From assembly GCA_029776205.1 (NCBI GenBank), contig JAKOTQ010000096.1, forward strand, positions 101,771 through 133,770: 32,000 nucleotides of DNA, in the 5' to 3' direction. The position numbers were made by a program, and so were the translations under genes. Origin of the DNA: Bacillota bacterium (GTDB lineage Bacteria > Bacillota > UBA4882 > UBA8346). The stretch's first letter is position 1. Each line of letters opens with the position of its first letter. Shown in pieces: positions 23,523-31,887 of this stretch. The notes under the pieces are model-generated. The model saw only the letters and a program-made list of their open reading frames with translations. It ran no database searches and had not been told where the DNA came from.

Positions 23523-24803
23523 TTAAAGATCCTTCAGCTTGCTCCCAGGCAACATTGCAAAGACATTTGGCACCAGCTGAGAAAGGGTATTTTCCATAAC
23601 CGACGGCTGACAAATAACCGTTCCTGGGAAATGATACCGTTTTAAGTAATCCAAATAATCAACCCATCCCTGATTATCTCTGTAATATAGGTGTCGACTT
23701 TCACCTTGCTGCACCCAATCGACCCGAGTACAAAATATTTCCGGAAGATAACGGGAGGAACGATAATAAAGCGCCCGTAATATTTTGCATTCCCGGTATG
23801 AAACACACCGCCTTTCTTGCCCGCTCCACTCCCAGCCATTTGTGCTTACCATCGGAAAAATCCGATGCATTGTGATCCGGTTCAATTTGGGAAGCAACTG
23901 CCAATATACTTTCAGAAGCCCTTCTACTTCCTGATTTCCCAGAGAAAACTGAGGTTCCACCAACACCCACCGGCCATAGGAACTCACTTCTTCCAACTCT
24001 GAAAAAGAAATAGGTTTTTTAAGCCGCCTAAGATCCGGGTCTGCGGTTATTACCAAAAAATCTAATTGACGTTTATTGATACCTTTTAAGACACTACGCA
24101 GGAATTTGCTGCGAAAAGTTTGTAATGCAGGTGGAATATTTCGTAAATCCAGGCCAAATTTGACACCGGGCATTTTTTTCAAATCAGCTATCAACCGTTG
24201 CTGACAGGATCGATTAGTCAATATCGCCTCCCAAACCTCTCCGCTGGCTCCAATCCCATGATAACCATCTTTCAAAACGACTTCTTGACTCTCCAATTGA
24301 CCTGTTAAGGCTATCTCTGCCCATGCATAAAACGTTGCCGTAAACAATGGAGATGATGCATTTGATGGAGTCTCTTCCCAGGCAAATAACGCTTTTTCCG
24401 ATAACATCAATTTCATACCCGGAAACAATTTTTTCCTGGGGTTCCCTTGACCAGCAATACTGTCCCAAGCACCTGGCATCACCCCAAATTTTTGCGAGAT
24501 ATTTTCAAGGCGATCATGTTTTTTGACAGTATAAACAATTCGTCCGGCTTTTTTAGCCAATTGCTGCAGTGCAGAAACTACCTGCCGACCAGCAATACCG
24601 TCAATGCGAAGCTTAAAGGTTTTTTCGGCAAGTATCACCGCTTCTTCGGTCAGAACGCCATAGTATCCGTCAACCTCGCCAAAGTAGAACCCGCCTTGCA
24701 CCAAAAGTTTCTGAAGTTCCTCTACATCCTTGCCCCGGCAACCATACCGCAAAACCCTGTATCCTAGCGGAAGTTGATCCACTGTCACAATTTGCCATGC
24801 CAT
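23523..24803 (-). CDS. Peptidoglycan-binding (PG_binding_1) plus LysM-like domain protein with GH18-like (SleL/YaaH-type) C-terminal domain
   Basis: The N-terminus RYGCRGKDVEELQKLLVQGGFYFGEVDGYYGVLTEEAV fits PG_binding_1. YTVKKHDRLENISQKFGV...LFPGMKLML is LysM-like. The C-terminal ~280 aa shows a GH18-like strand/helix pattern (GVKFGLDLRNI...FRSKFLRSVL). I prefer the start at ATG 24803 or 24809 (MKMAWQ...), preceded by GGAGG, over the ORF-track start at 24935. Confidence 0.5.
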   Translation of the reverse strand: MAWQIVTVDQLPLGYRVLRYGCRGKDVEELQKLLVQGGFYFGEVDGYYGVLTEEAVILAEKTFKLRIDGIAGRQVVSALQQLAKKAGRIVYTVKKHDRLENISQKFGVMPGAWDSIAGQGNPRKKLFPGMKLMLSEKALFAWEETPSNASSPLFTATFYAWAEIALTGQLESQEVVLKDGYHGIGASGEVWEAILTNRSCQQRLIADLKKMPGVKFGLDLRNIPPALQTFRSKFLRSVLKGINKRQLDFLVITADPDLRRLKKPISFSELEEVSSYGRWVLVEPQFSLGNQEVEGLLKVYWQLLPKLNRITMHRIFPMVSTNGWEWSGQERRCVSYRECKILRALYYRSSRYLPEIFCTRVDWVQQGESRHLYYRDNQGWVDYLDYLKRYHFPGTVICQPSVMENTLSQLVPNVFAMLPGSKLKDL

Positions 24804-24884
24804 TTTCATACCTCCGACTATTACTGTATGAAAAAGGCATACATCGAGTGCATACTTCGATCGCTCCGATTTTTTAAAAAACAA

Positions 24885-24913
24885 TTGACACTTGGGCTTA
24901 ACGGATATAAAAT
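24885..24913 (+). promoter_or_regulatory. Sigma-A promoter of cimA
   Basis: TTGACA (24885-24890), a 17-nt spacer, then TAAAAT (24908-24913). It lies about 115 nt upstream of the cimA ATG. Confidence 0.55.
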
Positions 24914-25026
24914 TAAGTTTAATATCTACCTTCAAACTAGGTTATTTTTTTAACATTTTATATGTCATACAATATAACTATATAACCAACATCAGCTCTC
25001 AGATGAAATCGAAAGGGGTTGACCAT

Positions 25027-26616
25027 ATGCCTAATATTGCGATTTATGATACGACCTTACGCGACGGTGCACAAGGCGAAGGCGTATATTTCTCGGTCGA
25101 GGATAAAATCCGAATTGTTAAACAACTGGATACTTTAGGAATCGATTATATCGAAGGTGGTTGGCCGGGTTCAAACCCTAAAGATTTTGAATTTTATCAG
25201 GCTGCTGCCTCTCTAAAGCTCAACCATGCCAAACTGGCAGCTTTCGGCAGTACCCGACGGTTCCAAAACCGTCCCGAAGATGATAAAACTCTCAATGATC
25301 TCTTGGCAACCGGTACACCGGTAGTGACTATCTTCGGGAAGAGTTGGGATTTACACGCTTTGGAAGTCCTTAAGGTCAGTCTGGAAGATAATCTGAAACT
25401 CATTGAAGACTCTGTCGCTTATCTGGTCTCTCATGGCCGGGAAACCGTCTATGATGCGGAACATTTTTTTGACGGATACAAAGCAAACCCGGACTATGCC
25501 ATTGAAACGCTTAAAGCCGCTTTACGAGGAGGAGCATCCACCTTGGTCCTTTGTGATACCAACGGCGGAACCCTTCCTTTGGAAGCCCTGGAAATCTTCA
25601 AACGGGTAGCTTCGCTGCTCGATGCACCCCTGGGCGTCCATTTCCATAACGATACCGGAGTGGCAGTTGCCAATACTGTGATGGCCGTTCAAGCTGGTGC
25701 TGTCCACTTTCAAGGGACATTTAACGGCTATGGTGAACGATGCGGAAACGCCAATCTTTCGGCCATCATTCCCACCCTCTTGTTAAAGCTGGGATTTGAT
25801 GCTGCCGCCAAGGAAAATCTTCATTTATTGACTCAAACGTCCCGTCTCATCTCCGAACTGGCCAATCTGCATCATGACGAACGCCAACCCTATGTCGGAG
25901 CCTCTGCATTTGCTCATAAAGCCGGAACTCATCACGACGCTTTGATTAAAAATCCTTTCAGCCTTGAACATATTCGTTCGGAACAAGTTGGCAATGTCCG
26001 CCGTTTCCTCCTGTCGGATCAAGCGGGACGAAGCACGGTATTAAATAAAGTGAAGGAAATTATGCCCAAAACAGAAAAAAACGACCCGACAGTCGTCAAT
26101 TTAACCAATCAATTGAAAGATTTGGAAAATATCGGATACCAATTCGAGGCTGCTGAAGGGTCCTTCGACTTACTTATTAAAAAAGCGTTTAACCTTTATG
26201 AAAAAGCTTTCGAACTTGAAGGATTTCGGATCATCGTTGAAAAACGGGGCGGCGATCAACCCGTGTTGGCCGAAGCAACCATCAAGGTGAATGTCGGCGG
26301 AGAACAGGAGATCACCGCTGCCGAGGGCGACGGTCCCGTAAACGCGTTGGACCAAGCCATCCGAAAAGCATTACTCCGGTTCTATCCAGAAATCAAAGAC
26401 ATCAGCCTCATTGACTTTAAAGTCCGCGTCCTGGAAGAAAGAAAAGGTACTGCTGCGAAAGTTCGAGTATTGATCGAAAGCACCGACGGCAATAAAACCT
26501 GGGGAACGGTCGGCGTATCCGAAAACTTGATCGAGGCTTCCTGGCAGGCACTGGTCGACAGTATCGAATACGGCATTCTTTATAAAAAAGAAAAAACCCC
26601 GGGAAATGGGGAATAA
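25027..26616 (+). CDS. cimA: Citramalate synthase (LeuA/CimA family, long form with C-terminal regulatory domain)
   Basis: Starts MPNIAIYDTTLRDGAQGEGVYFSVEDKIRIVKQLDTLGIDYIEGGWPGSNPKDFEF... and contains HFHNDTGVAVANT, followed by a LeuA_dimer-type C-terminal domain. Length is about 529 aa. The start at 25027 follows AAAGGGG. The ORF-track start at 24892 lies inside the promoter. Confidence 0.85.
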   Translation: MPNIAIYDTTLRDGAQGEGVYFSVEDKIRIVKQLDTLGIDYIEGGWPGSNPKDFEFYQAAASLKLNHAKLAAFGSTRRFQNRPEDDKTLNDLLATGTPVVTIFGKSWDLHALEVLKVSLEDNLKLIEDSVAYLVSHGRETVYDAEHFFDGYKANPDYAIETLKAALRGGASTLVLCDTNGGTLPLEALEIFKRVASLLDAPLGVHFHNDTGVAVANTVMAVQAGAVHFQGTFNGYGERCGNANLSAIIPTLLLKLGFDAAAKENLHLLTQTSRLISELANLHHDERQPYVGASAFAHKAGTHHDALIKNPFSLEHIRSEQVGNVRRFLLSDQAGRSTVLNKVKEIMPKTEKNDPTVVNLTNQLKDLENIGYQFEAAEGSFDLLIKKAFNLYEKAFELEGFRIIVEKRGGDQPVLAEATIKVNVGGEQEITAAEGDGPVNALDQAIRKALLRFYPEIKDISLIDFKVRVLEERKGTAAKVRVLIESTDGNKTWGTVGVSENLIEASWQALVDSIEYGILYKKEKTPGNGE

Positions 26617-26632
26617 ATAAGATTTTAAGTTA

Positions 26633-26746
26633 GAGGTTCTAGGTTCTGGCCCCTAGGTCCTAGGATATGGAGGGAACGCATTCGCGTTCCTTCCAATACT
26701 TAGAACCCATTGCCCAGTGCCTAGAACCGTACCTTACCTTTACCTC
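26633..26746. repeat. Modular intergenic repeat block B (between convergent cimA and the ZIP gene)
   Basis: Local word repeats are aggttctaggttct, cctaggtcctagg, tagaacc twice, and taccttacctttacct. The segment ggcccctaggtcctagg (26648-26664) parallels ggcccagggtcctggg and ctaggtcctgg in block A. The exact 9-mer ctaggtcct occurs at 26653-26661 and at 20606-20614. Confidence 0.55.
26673..26690. terminator. Hairpin between convergent genes (weak candidate bidirectional terminator)
   Basis: ggaacgc-attc-gcgttcc is a 7-bp stem with a 4-nt loop. There is no clear U-tract on either strand. Confidence 0.3.
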
Positions 26747-26757
26747 AATCCTCCCAC

Positions 26758-27495
26758 CTAAATAATCTTAACCAACACCACTCCCAGGCCAAATCCAATG
26801 ATAAATCCAAAGCCGGTCCAAAGAAGACCGGCTATCTTTTTAGCCATTGGAAGCAACTCTTGGATCACCAAAAAGATCATCGCTCCGCCGGCAAACCCCA
26901 ATGCCATTGAAGCCGCCCATCCGGAAATTTGTCCGACGAAAGCCCCAATCATAGCCCCGACAGCCATGGGGACCTCAACCAAAAACAAAGCTGCCACAAT
27001 TTTGGAAAAACGGACTTTCCCCAGTTTCAAGGCAGAAGCCATGACCATTCCTTCCGGAATATTGTGAAGCGCCATCAACAGTCCCAACCCGCCCCAATAC
27101 TGAATATACGGATTGGCAATATACATGGTCCCTAGGGCAACCCCTTCAGGAAAATTGTGCGTCCCGATCCCCATCCCCATCAACAGTCCCAACTTCGTGC
27201 TTTTGGAAAAGTTTCGCTGTCTATACCAGGGAATCAACTGCATCATGGTCTCAAAATACCGGATAATGATAACCCCCAGCCCTGTACCAAGTATGGTCGG
27301 TGCCCATCCCCCGTAATGTAACGCTTCAGGCCATAAATCCAACAAAACCACTGCCACCATGATTCCGCCGGAGAGGCCTATCAATCCGCTCTGTTTGATT
27401 GGGCCCTCTCCGAACCGGTAAATAACCAATCCTCCGAAAACCGTTCCGGAAATACCTACTACAAAACCGATAACTGCCGCCCACAGAATATCCAT
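26758..27495 (-). CDS. ZIP family (ZupT-like) divalent metal transporter
   Basis: 245 aa and polytopic. It carries the two ZIP signature motifs HNFPEGVALG and HNIPEGMVMA. Confidence 0.85.
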   Translation of the reverse strand: MDILWAAVIGFVVGISGTVFGGLVIYRFGEGPIKQSGLIGLSGGIMVAVVLLDLWPEALHYGGWAPTILGTGLGVIIIRYFETMMQLIPWYRQRNFSKSTKLGLLMGMGIGTHNFPEGVALGTMYIANPYIQYWGGLGLLMALHNIPEGMVMASALKLGKVRFSKIVAALFLVEVPMAVGAMIGAFVGQISGWAASMALGFAGGAMIFLVIQELLPMAKKIAGLLWTGFGFIIGFGLGVVLVKII

Positions 27496-27629
27496 AACGT
27501 CACTCCCGTACCATTCTATGCCAGGTTTTTGACAGGATATGATGAATATTCTTCGGCTAAACTATAACCGTCGCAATAACTGTATAAATGAGTTTATGCG
27601 ACATCTTTTAATTTTAGGAGGAATTCAAC

Positions 27630-28064
27630 TTGAAACATTGGCTGCCTTTTATCATGGCTGCAGTGGCAGGCGCATTAATGGCTGTTCAGGGGACATTCAA
27701 CAGTATTCTGTCGAAAATCATTGGATTACTAGAGGGTACTTTCGTGGTCCATCTCATCGGAACCCTTGCCGCAGGCCTGATTATGCTGATTATGGGTAAC
27801 GGCCATTTTAGCAAAGCAGCTCAGGTACCATGGTATAGTTGGCTTGGTGGTTTAATCGGAGTGATCATCATTATCGGGGTGGCCGTCAGTATTCCCAAAT
27901 TAGGCGTTGGAATGGCCACCACCGCTATTATTGCCGCCCAATTACTCACGGCTTATCTAATTGATCATTTTGGCTGGTTTGGGATGGAACCCATTGAGTT
28001 TAACTTTTGGAAGGCTGTCGGGATCATCCTCATCGTTACAGGAGCTAAAATTCTACTGCATTAA
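27630..28064 (+). CDS. DMT-superfamily transporter, DUF606/YdcZ family
   Basis: 144 aa with 5 TM helices. A TTG start follows AGGAGG. The sequence pattern is GALMAVQGTFNS...G...THLIGT...W.WLGGLIG...IP.LG.... Confidence 0.7.
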   Translation: MKHWLPFIMAAVAGALMAVQGTFNSILSKIIGLLEGTFVVHLIGTLAAGLIMLIMGNGHFSKAAQVPWYSWLGGLIGVIIIIGVAVSIPKLGVGMATTAIIAAQLLTAYLIDHFGWFGMEPIEFNFWKAVGIILIVTGAKILLH

Positions 28065-28080
28065 CATCTAAACATCAAAG

Positions 28081-28446
28081 TTAATTATCGAGTAATTTAC
28101 CGATAACCTCTCTAACCTTGCCTTCATTGAAGGGTTTCACAATAAAATTACATGCCCCAGCTTCAATGGCTTCTAAAACCAAAGCTTTCTGTCCCATAGC
28201 GGAACACATGACAATCTTGGCTTTAGGATCCAATATTCGAATCGAACGAACCGCCTGGATTCCGTCCATTTCAGGCATGGTAATATCCATCGTTACCAAA
28301 TCCGGGCGGCATTCCTGATACTTTACAACAGCTTCTTTACCGTTGGTAGCTTCAGCAATCACTTCATAACCAATGGATTGTAACATATTTTTTAACATCA
28401 TCCGCATTACGGCGGCATCATCCACAATCATAATCCGCTTTGCCAT
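28081..28446 (-). CDS. cheY: CheY-like single-domain response regulator
   Basis: 121 aa. Starts MAKRIMIVDDAAVMRMMLKNML. Contains DLVTMDITMPEMDG (phospho-acceptor Asp), CSAMG and FIVKPF, which is the CheY pattern. There is no output domain. Confidence 0.85.
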   Translation of the reverse strand: MAKRIMIVDDAAVMRMMLKNMLQSIGYEVIAEATNGKEAVVKYQECRPDLVTMDITMPEMDGIQAVRSIRILDPKAKIVMCSAMGQKALVLEAIEAGACNFIVKPFNEGKVREVIGKLLDN

Positions 28447-28474
28447 CCTTATCCTCCTTCGTTTTCACGTTTTG

Positions 28475-28714
28475 CTATCTACGATGATAAAAATCCGACA
28501 ATACCTGATCCAGGATTTGGATGAGTTTTCCTATAATCTCACCGATCTGATCCGCTTGGCGGATTGCATCTTCTTGCTCCGATTTCCTTGCCAGCGTTAA
28601 CGCTTGAAAATCCAGAGCACTTAATGAAAGTTGCCGTTTAGTATTGCTCAAAGCTTCGATAACATGAATCAAATGATCCAAACGGTTACGACATTCATCA
28701 AAATCCTCAAACAT
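28475..28714 (-). CDS. Small all-helical hypothetical protein upstream of cheY
   Basis: 79-aa ORF with AGGGGGTG 5 nt before the ATG. It lies 28 nt upstream of cheY. I do not recognise the family. Confidence 0.5.
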   Translation of the reverse strand: MFEDFDECRNRLDHLIHVIEALSNTKRQLSLSALDFQALTLARKSEQEDAIRQADQIGEIIGKLIQILDQVLSDFYHRR

Positions 28715-28750
28715 CCGGCCACCCCCTGGCCTATATTATGTTAGCAGGGG

Positions 28751-28776
28751 ATTAAAAGAAACCGGATATACCGGTT
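28751..28776 (-). terminator. Possible intrinsic terminator separating the GT4 gene from the cheY unit
   Basis: The minus strand reads aaccgg-tatat-ccggtt, followed by tcttttaat. The stem is 6 bp. Confidence 0.35.
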
Positions 28777-28965
28777 AAATAGGACTGCCTTCATGTTTCA
28801 GGAACTAGAGCTGATTGTTTTTAAAAATAAAAAATACCGACTGTCGCGAGGCGGCATCATGGTTTTTATATAAAAAGCCGCCCTCCGTGGCGATCAATCA
28901 GCTTCCGTGCTTACTTTGTTATATTTATCGGATGCACCAAATCACCCCTAAATGAGTCTAAAGTC

Positions 28966-30108
28966 CTAAATCAGCCCTTCATAAAGAGCTTTGGTTTTTC
29001 GGGCAATCTTATCCCAACCGAAGTATTCCTCCACCCGTCTTCGGCCCGCCTCTCCAAATCTGGCAGCCATCTCCGAATCTTCGAGTACCCGACGCATGGC
29101 CTCAGCCAATTGTTTCGGGTCATCGGGAGCAACCAATAGGCCGGTTTCTCCATCTATCACCACTTCCTTAATTCCTCCAACCCGGGTAGCAACCACCGGC
29201 GTCTGACAAGCCATCGCTTCCAAATTGATAATGCCAAAGGGCTCATAGATTGAAGGACAGACAAACAAGACCGCGTGGCTGTATAGTTGGATTACATCTT
29301 TCTTGGAAACCATTCGGTTGATCCACTTGATCCGAGAGCTTCCCTCAACCTTCCGACGCAGCTCCTGCTCAAGTTCGGGGGTATCAGGAGCACCGGCACA
29401 CAGGATCAAATGCAAATTGCAATCCGAAAGGCTGTTAAAGGCCTCAATCAATTGAAAAATCCCTTTTTGCCTGCTGATCCGGCCCACAAACAGAATATAT
29501 GGATAATCGATTTGTTCAGCATCCAAAAAATTTCGAGCGCTTGTCGGACGATATTCATCAAGATCGATCCCGTTATGAATCACCGCCACTCGTTCTTCCG
29601 GAACATTATAATGCTTTAAGATATCTTGTTTCATCTCCTCGGAAACAGCGATTACCCGATCGGCATGTTCGACCGCATTCCGTTCGATCCATGAACTAAG
29701 AGTATAACCCCTCTGGAGTTGCTCCTCTTTCCAAGGCCGTAGCGGCTCCAAACTATGCATTGTCACTACCAGCGGAATACTATAAAGAAATTTGGCTAAG
29801 AACCCTGCAAAAAACGTATACCAGGTATGACAATGCACCACTTGACCGGTGACCGGCTCACTGTTAAACGCCAAATTGACAGATAAGGCATGAAGAACTT
29901 TCGTGAATGGCAACGTATTGGTTTTTAATCGTTCCCAACCGTCAAACCCCCGAACAGCTAAATTGAATTCGTTCTTCTGCTGATCTCCAAAAGCCCGGAC
30001 TTCAACCTCCATGATCCGTGCTAAGTACCTAGATAAATAATCTACATGAACCCCTGCTCCGCCATAGATATACGGAGGATACTCGTTGGTCAACAATGTG
30101 ACTTTCAT
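28966..30108 (-). CDS. GT4 glycosyltransferase of the 'Corynebacterium-type glycogen synthase' / GlgM (alpha-maltose-1-phosphate synthase) kind
   Basis: Starts MKVTLLTNEYPPYIYGGAGVHVDYLSRYLA... and has a GT-B C-terminal motif EPFGIINLEAMACQTPVVATRVGGIKEVV.DGETG. The ATG at 30108 has AAAGGAG 5 nt upstream. Confidence 0.75.
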   Translation of the reverse strand: MKVTLLTNEYPPYIYGGAGVHVDYLSRYLARIMEVEVRAFGDQQKNEFNLAVRGFDGWERLKTNTLPFTKVLHALSVNLAFNSEPVTGQVVHCHTWYTFFAGFLAKFLYSIPLVVTMHSLEPLRPWKEEQLQRGYTLSSWIERNAVEHADRVIAVSEEMKQDILKHYNVPEERVAVIHNGIDLDEYRPTSARNFLDAEQIDYPYILFVGRISRQKGIFQLIEAFNSLSDCNLHLILCAGAPDTPELEQELRRKVEGSSRIKWINRMVSKKDVIQLYSHAVLFVCPSIYEPFGIINLEAMACQTPVVATRVGGIKEVVIDGETGLLVAPDDPKQLAEAMRRVLEDSEMAARFGEAGRRRVEEYFGWDKIARKTKALYEGLI

Positions 30109-30123
30109 GAAAGCTCCTTTCAA

Positions 30124-30419
30124 TTACTGTTACTATTGGGTTAGGCTATGAAGCGTTCACAGTACACAGTTTACAGTTCACAATACTCAATACGTAGGAG
30201 CCAGAGTCAGGATATAAAAAATAGTTTCAGGTCATTTGCTCCATGCCATCGTCCACAGTTCATAGTGCACAGGCATCAGCCTCAGCCAGAAAATGAACCT
30301 ATCATCCCTCTCCTCTGGGAGAAGACCGGGTGAGGTAAAATTGTTACAGCCAGCCATTTACGATATATTTGCCGCTTTAACCTGGTACCTAGGGCACAAA
30401 CCGTCTCCACTCCTATCCC
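30124..30419. repeat. Modular intergenic repeat block C (between the maltokinase and GT4 genes)
   Basis: Local repeats are ttactgttacta, cacagtacacagtttacagttcacaatactcaatac, and catcagcctcagcc. The exact 13-mer acagtttacagtt (30166-30178) is the reverse complement of 20787-20799. cagttcatag (30256-30265) is the reverse complement of ctatgaactg (20832-20841). tcacagtacac (30157-30167) also occurs at 31830-31840. gcacaaac (30394-30401) also occurs at 31844-31851. Confidence 0.6.
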
Positions 30420-31787
30420 CTATTTCTTCCCAATCAGCCTTTTCAACCCGTTCCTCGGGATAATCGCCCAATCAGGGCGATACTTCAACTCGTAATTGAA
30501 TTCATAGACAACCCGCTCCAACTGGAAAAGTTCCAACAATCGCTGGCTCACCGTTGGCTCAGGAAGCCATTCCAAACCGCAAGCTTTACTATAACCCTCC
30601 CAAAATCGGTCAGCCAATTCATCTTCCAACCTTTCAGGATCAGTCAAGCCCAACCCATGCATCCGATAACTGAAAGAACGCAGCATAGAAGCCACATCTT
30701 TCAAAGGGGAATCATAACACCCCCGTTCATGGATTGGCTTTAACGGCTCTCCTTCCAAATCAATGATCAACCAGCCGGAATCCGTTTTTAAAACCTGTTC
30801 CAGATGGAGATCGCCATGAATCCGAAAGCAGTATCCCAGATCTTCCCCTGATAAAGCATGTTGTAATTTCTTTAATTTCTCAATAGTAGCCTCAGCTTCA
30901 GCCGGTAAGTCCTTCTTCAAAGAAAGACGGACTAGCTTTTCCAGACTTTCAACCTTTTCTGTCAACATCTCCAGAGTAAAACAGTTAAAACGCTTTTCTT
31001 CCCGGCTAATCTGCGCCAATTCCCGATGGAACTCCCCAAGGACTTTTCCCAGTTCAAAACATTCCTGCAACAATTCTCTGTGGGAATCCTTACCCTGATC
31101 TGTCAATAAACGACGGTATACTTCCCAACCACTGCCTTGATGGGCAACCCATTCCTGGACCATGGCCAACGTATAAAATCCATCTTTGGATTGATAATTT
31201 AAGGAACCGTAGACTTTTGGAACATTCCCGGCCCCCTTTCGGCTTAACGCCCGGTTCAACTCCAACTCCGGGTTAATTCCGGGAAAAACCAAACGGTAGT
31301 TTTTGACCAAAAAACGTTGGGAAACAAATAGAAGAGAATTACTGGAGGACCCGTGCAAATGCCCCTCTACCGGCAGGGTCCATGATTCAGAGGAGAAACT
31401 AAACAGGCCCGATGAAGTTTCGTATGCCTCTTCGAGAAATCCTTGCTGGATTACGGACCAATAATAAGGAGAATGAATGCCGTCAACAAAAGAATATCCC
31501 TCTTTGACAAAGAGGGGCGGTTCTTTCGTTTTCCCCCGGACAGCCCAAAGCGGTATAAAGTAAAAAAAACCAGCCTCTTCAGAAGCTGCCGAGGCCATGG
31601 ATAAAAGAAGAAAGCAAAAGCAGCCATCTTTGAAAAAATTCGACTGAAAGACCAACATGTCCTCAAGTTTTAACTCACCGGGATGCTCCCGGTGGGAAAA
31701 CCAACGTTCCGATGTAAAAAAAGCCGGTTCCAAACTGGCACAGATATTTCTTAACCCGGTATCTTTAACAGGCTTCCAGATCACCAA
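30420..31787 (-). CDS. mak: Maltokinase (Mak/Pep2-type, aminoglycoside-phosphotransferase fold)
   Basis: 455 aa. The N-terminal ERWF motif is present, and the catalytic loop IHGDLHLEQVL matches the maltokinase HGDxHLxQvL signature. LIIDLEGEP is also present. It neighbours a GlgM-type GT4. The start is TTG/GTG at 31787/31784 after GGGGG, and the exact start is uncertain. Confidence 0.7.
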   Translation of the reverse strand: MVIWKPVKDTGLRNICASLEPAFFTSERWFSHREHPGELKLEDMLVFQSNFFKDGCFCFLLLSMASAASEEAGFFYFIPLWAVRGKTKEPPLFVKEGYSFVDGIHSPYYWSVIQQGFLEEAYETSSGLFSFSSESWTLPVEGHLHGSSSNSLLFVSQRFLVKNYRLVFPGINPELELNRALSRKGAGNVPKVYGSLNYQSKDGFYTLAMVQEWVAHQGSGWEVYRRLLTDQGKDSHRELLQECFELGKVLGEFHRELAQISREEKRFNCFTLEMLTEKVESLEKLVRLSLKKDLPAEAEATIEKLKKLQHALSGEDLGYCFRIHGDLHLEQVLKTDSGWLIIDLEGEPLKPIHERGCYDSPLKDVASMLRSFSYRMHGLGLTDPERLEDELADRFWEGYSKACGLEWLPEPTVSQRLLELFQLERVVYEFNYELKYRPDWAIIPRNGLKRLIGKK

Positions 31788-31828
31788 AGACCCCCGTCAG
31801 TACAAACCTTGATATTCTTGACAGTAAG

Positions 31829-31887
31829 CTCACAGTACACGGTGCACAAACTGCTAGGTATGATAACTATGTACTGTTTACTACTAC
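31829..31887. repeat. Modular intergenic repeat block D
   Basis: The block reads ctcacagtacacggtgcacaaactgctaggtatgataactatgtactgtttactactac. It shares an 11-mer and an 8-mer with block C and shows the same stutter style (tgtactgtttactactac). Confidence 0.5.

Noticed and set aside
24892-25026. Upstream extension of cimA, and the corresponding extension of the 470-aa gene to 24935
   Set aside because: Both extensions cross the shared promoter region and lack an SD. Their translations are AT-rich junk (FFNILYVIQYNYITNI..., KLNFISVKPKCQLFF...). The internal starts have GGAGG or AAAGGGG boxes.
24914-25026. T-box, riboswitch or leader peptide upstream of cimA
   Set aside because: The leader is only about 110 nt and very AT-rich. 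It has no recognisable specifier/antiterminator structure and no conserved riboswitch core that I can identify.
28835-28880. GC-rich inverted repeat gaggcggc...gccgccctc downstream of the GT4 gene as a terminator
   Set aside because: The stem is bulged, the loop is 21 nt and the U-tract is displaced. The alternative 4-bp hairpin before ctttttat is too weak to call.
30148-30333. 61-aa plus-strand ORF inside repeat block C
   Set aside because: Its translation is low-complexity (SQYTVYSSQYSIRRSQSQ...) and is generated by the stuttering repeat. It has no SD and no partner genes.
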